Part shown: positions 12,053 to 22,683 of the stretch, piece by piece | Layout of the letters: the number at the start of each line of letters is the position of its first letter | Position numbering within the stretch: the stretch's first letter is position 1 | From: Mayamaea pseudoterrestris | Taxonomy: Eukaryota | Direction: 5' to 3' | Assembly (NCBI GenBank): GCA_027923505.1 | Contig: BROI01000001.1 | Span: 1,612,001 to 1,676,000 of the forward strand | Length of the DNA stretch: 64,000 nt | Program-made: the position numbers and the translations under genes | Notes under the pieces: model-generated | Database searches by the model: none | Told to the model about the DNA's origin: nothing | Seen by the model: only the letters and a program-made list of their open reading frames with translations

Positions 12053-13192
12053 ATGAGAAGAAAACGAACGCCAACATTGTGCATGGCTATAACGCTCTGT
12101 ATCTCGACACTCAAATCTTCAGCGTTGCTTACATCACAATCGGTCAGGTTATCATCGCGAAACAAGCCTTCGTCTTTTGCCATTCGTCGTGCGTTTCATC
12201 GGCGCATTTTCATGTCGACAAAATCTTCGCCACCTGCGTTAATAGATGTCGACTGCAATCTATGGCACAGCGACTTGAAATCGTTACTTTCAAAAGCCGA
12301 AATCAATGAAACTACGCTACATATTCTCGAGGAGGATGCCGTCCGAGAGCAAAACATTGTGGCAATGCTTTCACCCAGCAGCACCATAAACGAAGCGAGA
12401 AGCGGCATGCAACTGCTGCGCAGCTATCAAGGACCACTTCACATCAAAACGACGGTTGGCGTTCATCCGTATCACGTCAATGACGAGGCGCTGCAGGAGC
12501 TGACTATCACGGAACATGTAGCAGTCATGCGCGACTTGCTCGTCGACCATGGCTCCACGTGCGCCGCCATTGGCGAGTGCGGATTGGACGCCTCGGATGG
12601 ATTTCCACCCATCGCCGACCAAGTGCCATGGTTTCAGGCGCAAATAAAGCTGGCCGAAGCGCTGCAACTGCCGCTCTTTGTCCACGAGCGACTTGGGTTC
12701 GAAATGTGCATGACCATGCTGCAGGAAACGACTGTACCAGTCATTATTCACTGCTTTACCGGCACTGCCAATGAATGCGCCGCCTACATGGAGCGTGGAT
12801 ACTCTATTTCGTTCAGCGGCTACTTGTTTAAACCCGAGGCGGAACAAGCGCGCGAGTGCTTGCGACGTGGCCTTGTGCCGCTCGACAAGCTCATGATTGA
12901 AACGGATGCGCCGTACATGGGGTTTGCCAACTGCCGCAAACATTACCTCGCCAAGCATTTTGATTTTGTCGCCAACAATTTAAACGCCAAGCAGCGCAAG
13001 CGACTCGTTGGTTCCACCTATCCCAACCTGCCGTCGGCGTTGCCAATGGTCCTCGACAAGGTGCTGGAGGAAATCAATATAGGTCGAGCAGCACGAAACG
13101 AACGTTTGCTTTCGCGTGACGAACTGGCGAAAGCTACAACTCATAACGCAATACAGTTCTTCGGGTTCGAGCCGCTGGAGCGAGTAGCTTAA
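12053..13192 (+). CDS. TatD-family deoxyribonuclease
   Basis: TVGVHP, AIGECGLD, LPLFVHER, IIHCFTG, LMIETDAPY, TTHNAIQFF. The start is uncertain and the N-terminal extension may be a targeting peptide. Confidence 0.88.
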   Translation: MRRKRTPTLCMAITLCISTLKSSALLTSQSVRLSSRNKPSSFAIRRAFHRRIFMSTKSSPPALIDVDCNLWHSDLKSLLSKAEINETTLHILEEDAVREQNIVAMLSPSSTINEARSGMQLLRSYQGPLHIKTTVGVHPYHVNDEALQELTITEHVAVMRDLLVDHGSTCAAIGECGLDASDGFPPIADQVPWFQAQIKLAEALQLPLFVHERLGFEMCMTMLQETTVPVIIHCFTGTANECAAYMERGYSISFSGYLFKPEAEQARECLRRGLVPLDKLMIETDAPYMGFANCRKHYLAKHFDFVANNLNAKQRKRLVGSTYPNLPSALPMVLDKVLEEINIGRAARNERLLSRDELAKATTHNAIQFFGFEPLERVA

Positions 13193-13492
13193 CTTTAATG
13201 GACCATACTACGCTGATGAGCTGTTAACTCATGATTCGGACAACCGCTAGAGTGGTATGTAATACTACGAACAATATTTTACAAGAAAATTGTTTATAAT
13301 GCAAGAACCAATAATGTATTTTTTAGACTTATCCTAACTCCTTGTGCTCAACGTCGCCTTAGATACCGTCCTCGCTTGATGTAACCATGTATACGCAGCC
13401 ATGCCAGACAGGCGTTCTTCCAGCAACTTGCCCGACTGAAATAACATAACACATGCAAATATGTAAACCACCCGCGCATTCCTTTTCACAGC

Positions 13493-13948
13493 TTACTCCT
13501 GGGTAAGCATGCCAGAACTCCCTTCCGAGACTTGAATGGTGCGAGTCTTGGGGCGCTCCTCCTCCAACTTGGGCGCCGTCAACTCGAGGACGCCATTCTC
13601 AAGCTTGGCCGAAATCTTGTCAACGTCCACATTGTCACCAATGGTGAACGATTTGTCGAATCGGGTCTCCGTCGTGGTGCCCGCCTTGGTGACCTTGCGA
13701 CCGCCGTGGACGCGAAGGACGCGGTTGTCATTCTGAAGCTCCACCTTGAGATCAGACGCCTTGACGCCGGGGACGTCGACAGAAATGTGGTACATGCCGT
13801 TTTCCTCCTTGGTGTTGATTCCCAAGTTGCCAAATGACGGTGAAGTGTCAGTCATCAGGTCTCGGAAAATGGGCGAGAGGCTGGTCGAAAAGTCGTCAAA
13901 GCCACGAGGAACGAAGGGGTCGTAGCGAAAGAACGGGATCAAGGACAT
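13493..13948 (-). CDS. HSP20 paralogue 2 (intronless)
   Basis: MSLIPFFRYDPF...ISVDVPGVK...AKLENGVLELTAPK...TIQV. Close paralogue of 8034..8616. Confidence 0.92.
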   Translation of the reverse strand: MSLIPFFRYDPFVPRGFDDFSTSLSPIFRDLMTDTSPSFGNLGINTKEENGMYHISVDVPGVKASDLKVELQNDNRVLRVHGGRKVTKAGTTTETRFDKSFTIGDNVDVDKISAKLENGVLELTAPKLEEERPKTRTIQVSEGSSGMLTQE

Positions 13949-14074
13949 GATGAAGGTCGAGTTGTTGTTTTGTTGTCGAGCGGCTGAAGGTTGCGAATGT
14001 GAGGTTTCACCTTGATGCTTTGTCAATTTGTGAGAGCACAGCAAAATGAGAACGAAGCAAGGACCAGTCGTGTA

Positions 14075-14222
14075 TACACGTGGAATGCGAAGCGTACATT
14101 ACACGTGGAGGCTCGAGATAGCATCTCTACACAATCACTCATAGTATTCTTTTTTGCCACGCGGCAATTTGTTTCCACGATACTTTCACTACGCAAATGC
14201 GAGCGCGGAGTTCCGCGTGGAA
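14075..14222. promoter_or_regulatory. Cluster of C(A/G)CGTGG motifs in the divergent HSP20-2/HSP20-3 promoter
   Basis: TACACGTGGAA (14075-14085), TTACACGTGGAG (14099-14110), TTGCCACGCGGCAA (14154-14167) and TTCCGCGTGGAA (14211-14222). Confidence 0.45.
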
Positions 14223-14330
14223 GATCGCATCCGTGCTTTGCTTCGCAAGAGCTTCACTGGAGCATCGCCCACAATTTGCTTCAGCAGCAAACACCTATCT
14301 CACCAAGACAAGTATATGACTAACCAAATC

Positions 14331-14924
14331 ATGTCTTTAAAGAACTGGCTTCATCGTCACCCGATCTTTGACACAGGAGCCGACGCTGAGAGCCCGTACC
14401 CGTACGCCTTGTCCAGCAGCATCCGCGATCCGTTCTCGGATGCCTTTTCGGATCTCGTCAGCTCAATGGCTCGCCTCGACAGTGAGTTTGGAGCTCTGAG
14501 AGGATTCGACAGTCGCAAGTTCCTTGCAAACTTCCCAGCATATGAAGTCGATGTTACTGGCGATAAGTACAAGCTCAAGATCGACATGCCTGGTGTCAAG
14601 GCTGATGACCTTTCGGTAGAGTTGGAGGATGATGGCAAAGTTGTTCACATTTCCGGCCATCGCAAGTTTGAGAAAGAAGGTGTTGTGACGGAGTCTCGCT
14701 TCGAAAAGCATTTCACTCTTCGCGATACAGTTGATCCGAGCGGGTTGACGGCTCGGCTTGAGCATGGGGTGTTGACTTTGGAGGCTCCCATGTCGAAGGA
14801 AATCCAGCCGAAAAAGCGTCCGATTGCTATTACGGAAGGGCCGAGTAATCAAGGGGAGACTGATCTCAATGTCCTTGGCGCTAAGAAGGACAGTGGCAAA
14901 GGTAGCCTTTTGACGGAGATGTAA
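14331..14924 (+). CDS. HSP20 paralogue 3
   Basis: KIDMPGVK, ISGHRK, FEKHFTL, ARLEHGVLTLEAP, IAI. An alternative ATG lies at 14316. Confidence 0.9.
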   Translation: MSLKNWLHRHPIFDTGADAESPYPYALSSSIRDPFSDAFSDLVSSMARLDSEFGALRGFDSRKFLANFPAYEVDVTGDKYKLKIDMPGVKADDLSVELEDDGKVVHISGHRKFEKEGVVTESRFEKHFTLRDTVDPSGLTARLEHGVLTLEAPMSKEIQPKKRPIAITEGPSNQGETDLNVLGAKKDSGKGSLLTEM

Positions 14925-15152
14925 GGGTAAACGAGAGGGCGGAACGACGCTTACAGCGGGCGCAATACTATACATTGGACTGCATTATGGTATGTATCGT
15001 ACATAATATAAATTAAAGTAAATTACACTTCAAATGGACGCTGAGAGTGTATGTATTCCATGCAACGCTGCCGCACCATCAGGCAGCTTAGACATGCATT
15101 ATCAAAACCCGATCCAGCCTCACCATTATCCCGCAATTCGTTAGCAACCAGC

Positions 15153-15641
15153 TTATGATTCGCTCACCTCAATGGTTCTGACCTTTGGCTCCGGCGGCTG
15201 CAGCTTGGGCGCTTCCAAAACAAGGACACCGTGCTCAATGTTGGCCGTGAGCTTCTCGGCATCAAGATTGCTTCCTAATGTGTAGCGTTTGTCGATCTGC
15301 TTCCCTTTTTCCTTCTTTCCAAAAATGCGAACCACCTTGTTGCTTTGACACTGGCAACTTCCACACGAGCAGTCGCGGCAATTACAATCGCTGCACTCGC
15401 ATCCACTTTCAAGCTCAATTTTCAAGTCGCTCGACTTGAAGCCAGGTACATCGACAGAGATGCGGTAACTATCGTCTGTTTCCTCCACTTCAAAGTTGCG
15501 AGTGGCGGCCGCCGCAGCAGCCGTGGATCCCGCCATGAGTGCCTGGGCCAGACTCGTTGCCATGCCTTCAAAGTCCTTATCATAGCCGCGGGGACCGGAA
15601 AAAGGGTCGAGTGAAGTTGTGAAAAATGGATTGAGCGCCAT
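15153..15641 (-). CDS. HSP20 paralogue 4 with a Cys-rich insertion
   Basis: ISVDVPGFK and ANIEHGVLVLEAPK...TIEV, with the insertion CECSDCNCRDCSCGSCQC inside the alpha-crystallin domain. Confidence 0.9.
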   Translation of the reverse strand: MALNPFFTTSLDPFSGPRGYDKDFEGMATSLAQALMAGSTAAAAAATRNFEVEETDDSYRISVDVPGFKSSDLKIELESGCECSDCNCRDCSCGSCQCQSNKVVRIFGKKEKGKQIDKRYTLGSNLDAEKLTANIEHGVLVLEAPKLQPPEPKVRTIEVSES

Positions 15642-15925
15642 GGTGATGATTGCTTTGTCGAGTAAAGTTGTATGAACGAGTTGCTTCGTCGAGTAAATTG
15701 TATGAACGAATGTGATGCTGCGTGCACTACTATTGACTTTGTGCCAGCTGGTTCAAGGATCGTTCGGAAGCGAAGATTGTGACTCTCATGATCTTCCATT
15801 TCGTTCGATCGAACGCCACCTGGTCCATGGAAATCGTCGTCGAGCGTTGACCTTTCCGTACTCATTCGTTTGTCAACATCACAAAAGCAAAACGCCAATC
15901 TCGATAAAACAAAAACTAATATACC

Positions 15926-16147
15926 ATGTCACTGACTCGCAAAATCAAACGCATCATCATCCGCTACCTTCGCCCCGTGGGAATGGCTCCCCGTCGGCGA
16001 CGAGTGGGCTACGGCTACGGACCTCCTCCTCGACGAGGAAGATATGGCGGTGGAGCTTATGGCCGTCGTCGTCCGCATGGACACGTCCCTGCAACAACAA
16101 AAACCAAGCGAGGAGTCAAGGCATTCTTGCGGGAAATGTTGCGATAG
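15926..16147 (+). CDS. Small basic Arg/Gly/Tyr-rich protein (73 aa)
   Basis: ATG in an A-rich context (aatataccATG), strongly biased composition, divergent from HSP20-4, AT-rich 3' flank. Confidence 0.45.
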   Translation: MSLTRKIKRIIIRYLRPVGMAPRRRRVGYGYGPPPRRGRYGGGAYGRRRPHGHVPATTKTKRGVKAFLREMLR

Positions 16148-16657
16148 ACCGACGCATTCACGTGTCAACCCGCGTCCTCGCCTAATTCGACGCGACTCGA
16201 CGCACTACTCGACTCAGGCAGAAGCCACATAATATAGATCAACATAATTACATACTTAGAAAAATGCATCATTGTAAGACATGTACTTTATCCATAGTTG
16301 TAAAATCGCAAATCGCAAGTGTTTGTCGGACTGATGATCGCATTTATTGAAGCGCCACTTGTCGCAATTTGACGCATCGGCGCATCGGTCTGACATACTG
16401 TACAAGGGGACCTCACGGTCTGTGGCACTGCCCCGGCGCTTGCGCGCGGACGAACGTGTTACCTATGTGACTGTATTGCACCGAGGGACCGGGGTCTGAC
16501 CTGACTGCGTGGCAGTTCCAATGGAACAAACAGTACCGGTACATACACCCGGAATGTTGGCACTAACGAAGGGGGGAAATTGGGTCCTGCTCCAAGCGTG
16601 GTGCTGCACCGGGAAGGAGACTAGCGGACGCTTAAATCGTCTGACACACGTGTTTGA

Positions 16658-16986
16658 TGACACAATATTATTGAGTTGAGTTGACCTGCGTCTTATGACA
16701 AGACGGTTAGCTACCTGTGTTTTGTATGCATTTAATCCTGTGCAGGGTTGAGTCACACTTGTGACCGAATCCTCACATACATGAGTGAAATCGCTGACGA
16801 TCGAGGCGTGAACCTCGACCGTGAACCCAGTGAGAACGAGAAGGAAGCGCACGAGTAGAGTAGCGAGTAACATGCACTATTCTAGCAATTGAGTTTGTTT
16901 GTTTGCTTTACGCTGGACGAAGAGGTTGATCGCTCCGAGTCCATTGTAGTCGCTGGAATAAAGGTTCGTCTGATATTATCGTGTCA
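16658..16986 (+). repeat. Family 1 5' LTR (copy A), 329 bp
   Basis: TG...CA ends; near-identical to LTRs at 27363, 33540, 47849 and 54322. Confidence 0.95.
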
Positions 16987-17204
16987 GATTAACAGTCTTG
17001 CTAGCTTGTCTTGACCTGAGAGAGCTGTGCGAAAGAGAGAGAGTGAAAGAATCGAGAAATTGAGAGAGAAAGAGCAGATTCCTTGCGGCGTCGTCAATCC
17101 GAATACTTGGCACGAGCGCGTAGAACAGGATCGTATAAGGCTCGACCGCATTGAGAGCGGTTGTTGTGTGAGAGAGGACTTGCGGAAGCGAGGTATTCAT
17201 TATC

Positions 17205-20200
17205 ATGGTTTCAATTACTGCGGAAGCTTTGCAGCTTCTCTGCACGAACGTTTTCGGACGAGACATCCAAGAAGCGTTCTTGTTTTGGAATGTAACCACC
17301 ACTACCCAGATGTTGAGATTGACCAAGGAGCAACTTGAAGCCCCCTACTGGGTCGACAGAGCCGCCATCCCAGCTGGCGCTGAGCAAGAAGAAGGCGCGC
17401 AACCCGACGATGCGCAGCCGGGCGACGAGCCGGCCGAAGAACCGGCCGAGGAACAAGCAGCCGCCGCCCCAGAACGATACGAAACGACACTAGCACCAGT
17501 CTACGTGAACCTTATCCTCGATGCATGCGAATGGTTTAACATGCACGACGGACCCCCTACCACCAGGAAGTGGGCGTTGCTCGACTTAGGCAAGCTCGAG
17601 CGATTCCAAGAGATACTCGCCGAACAAGAAATCGGTCGGAAGCGTGAAGAAGGATACTACGAGCTCGAGTCCAAGAAGAAGCAAGCCGAGCTACTTGCCA
17701 AGCAACTCGAAAATGAGAATATCAAGGCTGAGAAGGCCGAAAAGGAAGAAGATGCCAAGGGTCGTTTCTCGAACCTCAAGACGAAGCGAGATTACAAGGA
17801 CTACAAAACGTTCCAACATCCCCACGCGTGGTTGAGTTGGAGCGCGTCTACCAAGGCAATCGCCAAGCTCCATGGCTGTTCTAACGTGCTCGACAGCAAG
17901 TACGTACCAGTCACGGAACAAGAGAAGGAAGAGTTTGAGAGCCAGCAAATCTTCATGTACACTGCGTTTCGCAATTGTCTCGAAGTCCCTGGATACCAGT
18001 CGCTCTTAATGAAGTACAGTGACAAGTCTGACGCTCAGAGCGTCTATCGCGAACTCGCGACCAAGTTTGGTTCTGGCGAGTTAGCTACCATCCAAGCGAA
18101 CGAACTACAAGCCAAGCTTGCGACGATTCGCCTAGATTCGACCTGGACGAAGGGACACTACAAGTTCCTAAACTACATCGAACAGCTCATGAAGAATCTC
18201 GAAGAGTTCCGTCCTGGAGTGACGGATGACAAGAAGAAGTACTACTGGCTCCGAGCAGCAGTGGAAGGCGACGAAGAATTCGGCCCCACGTGCACGACAT
18301 TCGACCAGCACTTGACATTTGAACGACGACGCATCATCAATGCGAATGGTGATCCAGATACTGTCTTAACGGAAGATTATGACTATCTTTTCGACATGTT
18401 GTTGCAGCAAGCTTTGCGTGTCGACAACAAGAACGCCAAGTTGAATAAGGGCAAGAAGAACGCCGACCGCCAAGCGAACAACGCGAACACTTCCGGGCAA
18501 GGACGTGGTAATGGACGCGGTTCCGGTCGTGGCGGAGGACGCGGCGGCCAAGGCGGACGCGGCGGTGGACGAGACGGTGGACGCGGTTCCCAAGTGAGCC
18601 GCGGTTCCGGAGGACGAGGCTCTTCCGCGCCACTACCAGCAGCCGGTACGCAAGCGCATCGGGAACGATTCCCTGGTGATTATCTGAACTTTGAACAGTT
18701 GTTGCAGAACCCCTGGTCGTACATGTCGTACGAACGACTCGGCCGACTTAACGAGGACGAATACGCTCAGCTCATGGCTCGACGCGAAGCCGTCCCAAGA
18801 CCCGCCACGACAAGACGCGCGAACAATGGCAACCGTGCGAATAACCAGCAGTCACAAGCGGCTGCCTCGGTGCCTGGTACAATCTTGTATCAGAATGACG
18901 CTGTCTCGATCGCCCCGACGACAGCCACTCAAGGTGCACCGGACGATATGATTAGATCCTTCCTTGCGAACGCCGCGTCGTCTCGCACTCAAGCTGCGAA
19001 TAACACCCAGCAAGAGTTTATGGGAAGCGACGGCCGTCGGTACCGCGCAATGGTATCGGTGCGCTACACTGTGAATCGAGCCCGCAGCAACGAGACTCGC
19101 CAAGGATCGCTGATTGACGGCGGTGCGAACGGTGGACTCGCTGGAAGCGATATGAGAATCTTGAGTACTACCAACCACACGTGCAACGTGACAGGTTTGA
19201 GCGACCACACGGTTCGCGACCTTCAAGTCGGAACTGGCGTCGCATTGATTGAGACTCGGACTGGACCCATAATCGGTCAGTTCAACCAGTATGCTTTGTA
19301 CGACGGTGCTGAATCCATTCATGCACCATCGCAGCTTCGTTCGTTCGGCCATCTGATCGACGACGTTGCTCGCTCCCAGAATGGAACACAAGCCATTGTC
19401 ACCAGTTGTGGCAAGACCATCCCCTTGGCGATCCGCGACGGTTTGCCTCGAATGGATATGCGTCCGCCGACGGACGCAGAGTTGGAAATGTATCCGACGG
19501 TCATTTTCTCTGCGGACACCCTTTGGGATCCGGCGGACTTGGACAATGAATGGAACGAAGAAGAACTTGAGTTTAATCGTCACCTCGACGAATTGGAAGA
19601 AACCCATGGTTTCGTCGACGCCCGCATGGATGACTTCGGCGACGCCACCTACCGGAACAACATGAATTCAGTGGAACGTGTGGTGCAGTATGTCGATCGC
19701 AATCAGGCTGATACGACGCGCCAAGCCAATGCACGACGCATAATGCCACAAGAACCTGACTACCAAGCGCTTCGACCCTACCTTGGCTACACGCCACTTG
19801 AACGAGTCAAGCGCACCATTAAGAATACGACACAGCTTTTCCGTGCATCGGCACACACCCCATTTCGCCAACACTTTAAGTCGCGATTCCCTGCCGCCAA
19901 TGTGGTTCGTTTCCATGACGATACGGCGACAGATACCTGGTTTTCCAAGGAAGCTGCCTTTAACGACGGAATCCGCGGTCATGGCGGATGCAAGATGATG
20001 CAACTGTTCGTCGGCAAGAAGAGTCTGCTGACGAGGGGATACCCACTGAGAACCGAGAGTGACATGCCCATGGCGCTCGAAGACTTCATTCGAGACATTG
20101 GCGCTCCCGACTTGCTCATTAGCGATAACTCGCGAGTGCAGCTCGGGAAGCAAGTTGAAACCTTGTTGCGATTCTACGCGATTCGTGACCAACAGAGCGA

Positions 20201-20738
20201 GCCCGGATACCAGAACCAGAACCCTGCCGAGCGTCGCATCCAAGAAGTCAAGTCATCAGTCCAGAACATCATGAACCGTACGGGCGCACCCGCTGGAGCC
20301 TGGCTCCTATGCGCGCTGTACGTAATCGCCTTATTCAACAATCTGGCGACCGAGTCCCTCAACTGGAAGACCCCTACTGAAGCCGCCTTCAACCGAGTAC
20401 CCGACATTTCGCCGTTCCTGCAGTTCAAGTTCTGGGAACGAGTCCTGTACGAAGCTGGAGCCGACGAGCCGCCGACATTTCCTCACACCAAGGAAGCAGC
20501 AGGACGCTGGGTCGGCATTGCAGAGAACAAGGGTGACATCCTCACGTACCAAGTTCGATCCGATCGGACTGGAATGGTTGTCGTCCGATCCAACGTTCGT
20601 CCCTTCTCCGAAGGGCGTAACCTACGCGCTGAAGCTGAAAGCGCTCCTGAACCCAAGTCCGAACGACCACTGTTCGCGGAACCTGCTCGACGCGCCGCGC
20701 GCGGAACGAGTCCAAGTCGAAACTGTCGACGAGTTTGA
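17205..20738 (+). CDS. Gag-protease-integrase part of the copy A polyprotein; frameshifted downstream
   Basis: RGG-rich Gag tail, protease LIDGGANGG, integrase DTW/SDN/NPAERRI. Collinear with the 49076..54310 ORF. Confidence 0.85.
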   Translation: MVSITAEALQLLCTNVFGRDIQEAFLFWNVTTTTQMLRLTKEQLEAPYWVDRAAIPAGAEQEEGAQPDDAQPGDEPAEEPAEEQAAAAPERYETTLAPVYVNLILDACEWFNMHDGPPTTRKWALLDLGKLERFQEILAEQEIGRKREEGYYELESKKKQAELLAKQLENENIKAEKAEKEEDAKGRFSNLKTKRDYKDYKTFQHPHAWLSWSASTKAIAKLHGCSNVLDSKYVPVTEQEKEEFESQQIFMYTAFRNCLEVPGYQSLLMKYSDKSDAQSVYRELATKFGSGELATIQANELQAKLATIRLDSTWTKGHYKFLNYIEQLMKNLEEFRPGVTDDKKKYYWLRAAVEGDEEFGPTCTTFDQHLTFERRRIINANGDPDTVLTEDYDYLFDMLLQQALRVDNKNAKLNKGKKNADRQANNANTSGQGRGNGRGSGRGGGRGGQGGRGGGRDGGRGSQVSRGSGGRGSSAPLPAAGTQAHRERFPGDYLNFEQLLQNPWSYMSYERLGRLNEDEYAQLMARREAVPRPATTRRANNGNRANNQQSQAAASVPGTILYQNDAVSIAPTTATQGAPDDMIRSFLANAASSRTQAANNTQQEFMGSDGRRYRAMVSVRYTVNRARSNETRQGSLIDGGANGGLAGSDMRILSTTNHTCNVTGLSDHTVRDLQVGTGVALIETRTGPIIGQFNQYALYDGAESIHAPSQLRSFGHLIDDVARSQNGTQAIVTSCGKTIPLAIRDGLPRMDMRPPTDAELEMYPTVIFSADTLWDPADLDNEWNEEELEFNRHLDELEETHGFVDARMDDFGDATYRNNMNSVERVVQYVDRNQADTTRQANARRIMPQEPDYQALRPYLGYTPLERVKRTIKNTTQLFRASAHTPFRQHFKSRFPAANVVRFHDDTATDTWFSKEAAFNDGIRGHGGCKMMQLFVGKKSLLTRGYPLRTESDMPMALEDFIRDIGAPDLLISDNSRVQLGKQVETLLRFYAIRDQQSEPGYQNQNPAERRIQEVKSSVQNIMNRTGAPAGAWLLCALYVIALFNNLATESLNWKTPTEAAFNRVPDISPFLQFKFWERVLYEAGADEPPTFPHTKEAAGRWVGIAENKGDILTYQVRSDRTGMVVVRSNVRPFSEGRNLRAEAESAPEPKSERPLFAEPARRAARGTSPSRNCRRV

Positions 20739-22109
20739 CGATGAGTATGACCTAGTCGGTCCGGTGTTTGAACACGACTACAACCGACCCCAGCGCCTGA
20801 TTCTGGGGGAACCGTGGATGAAGACGCATTCACGTTGGAAAGCGCTGCCGAGTTAGCCGGTCTGGATCCCGACGGACCCATGCCGTCCTTTACTCCGGCT
20901 GAACTGATGGGACGCACTGTCCTTCTTGACGAGGAAGACGGCTCAACGCGACGTTACAAGGTTATCGAGCAACTGAACGATCGCGATGAAGCCAACCACA
21001 AGATCATCAAGTTCCGATTGAGTCTCGGCGACGGCGACGTCGATGAGCTTATTACCTACAACGAACTAGCCGACCTGTGCGAGCGGCAAGATTCTTTACG
21101 ACTGGGGGACGATGACAACGACGACCAGTACTACAAGTTTGATTTCATTGACGGACATGAAGGTCCACTGACACAAGCCGACGCTACGTATCGCGGCTCA
21201 TCCTACAACTTGCTCATCCAATGGGCAAATGGCGAGAAGACCTGGGAGCCACTCGCATTGATTATCAAGTCCGACCCTGTGACCGTTGCCAAGTACGGCA
21301 AGCGCAAGGGTATGCTGGACAAGGATGGATGGAAGCGCTTGAAGCGCATGGCAGGACGCACTAAAATGTTTAACCGCATGTGCAAGGCTGCAAAGAAGAA
21401 CCGTGTCCAAGAAGCGCGTTTCAAGTTTGCGCCTAAGTTCCTAATACCTGGAAGGAAGCGAACCGCCTCGACGCGCTAATGGAAACACACTGTGGCTGAC
21501 GCCGCCAAGACTGAGATGGAGCAGCTACGACGAGTACGACACTTTCATCGACAAGGGCATTCAGCCTTTCATGGAAAGTGACTGAAGCGCATCAACGCGC
21601 ATCTTGTTTTCGACTGCAAGAACGATCTACGACGTAAGGCCCGACTTCGTCGCCGGGGACATTCGATCCGCCCAAGGACCCCACTCCGGCGTTGTATCTA
21701 TGCGAAGCATCCGAACCATAGCACTGTTAGCTGAACTGAACGACCTCAAGTTTTGGCTGCCGATGTCGGGTAACGCCTACCTCGAGGCCAAGACCAAGGA
21801 AAAAGGTCTACATTGTTGCCGGTCCCGAGTTTGGACCATTGGAAGGCCATACCTTGGTCATCTACAAGGCACTATACGGATTGCGCACTTCTGGCGCAAG
21901 CATTGGCATGAGCACTTTCCACACTCTCTTTGCCATTGCTGCACCTACGAGAAGGACTGTGGCAATTTCACTACGTAGTACGTCGAAGCGTGTTCGTCGA
22001 CGCATTGGTTGGCAAGAAAGATCCAAAGCTTCGAAAAGAGAAGTACAAGCATAAGTTGAAGGGCGTCGGGCGACATCAAGTATCACCTTGAGCCGATTTC
22101 TATGTGATA

Positions 22110-22680
22110 CAATAGTCAGGCAAAAATGTCCAGGGATGCCATTGACAGATAGTCTCAAATGGTGCAAAAAGGACTCGCTGGCGCTGACAACATGGGTACG
22201 GCCTCCACTGTGGGTTGGCCAACACCACAAGTTGCAGATTAACAAACGCCATGCCTGGGCCACACAAATACCCAATGACAAGGAAAAATGTCCAGGGGGG
22301 ATGCCATTGACAGCATAGTCTAAAATGGTGCAAAAAAGGGAGAGGTTCAAAAAGGGTACCATCGATACAACAGTTGTAGATTCTTCCCCTGTCAAACGCC
22401 CCACAGTCCTGGCTTACCAAATACCCAATGAGTCAGCAAAACATGTCCAGGGTATGCCATTGACAGGTGCATAGTCTCTGGTGAAAAAGGATGCTGAGGC
22501 TGACAACATGGGTACGGCCTCCACTGTGGGTATGGCCAACACCACAAGTGAGATTCATCCCTGTAAGCCCCATGCGCCAAGGGGCCCAAGGGCAAAAATG
22601 TCCAGGGTAGGCCATTGACCAGGTGATAGTCTCAAATGGTGAAAAGGAGTGTATGGGTATGGTCGACGTGGGTATGGCTA
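22110..22680. repeat. Degenerate copies (about 4) of the 170/180-bp satellite
   Basis: ATGTCCAGGG..GCCATTGAC recurs near 22127, 22287, 22443 and 22598. Same unit as 29640-31140. Confidence 0.65.
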
Positions 22681-22683
22681 CTA

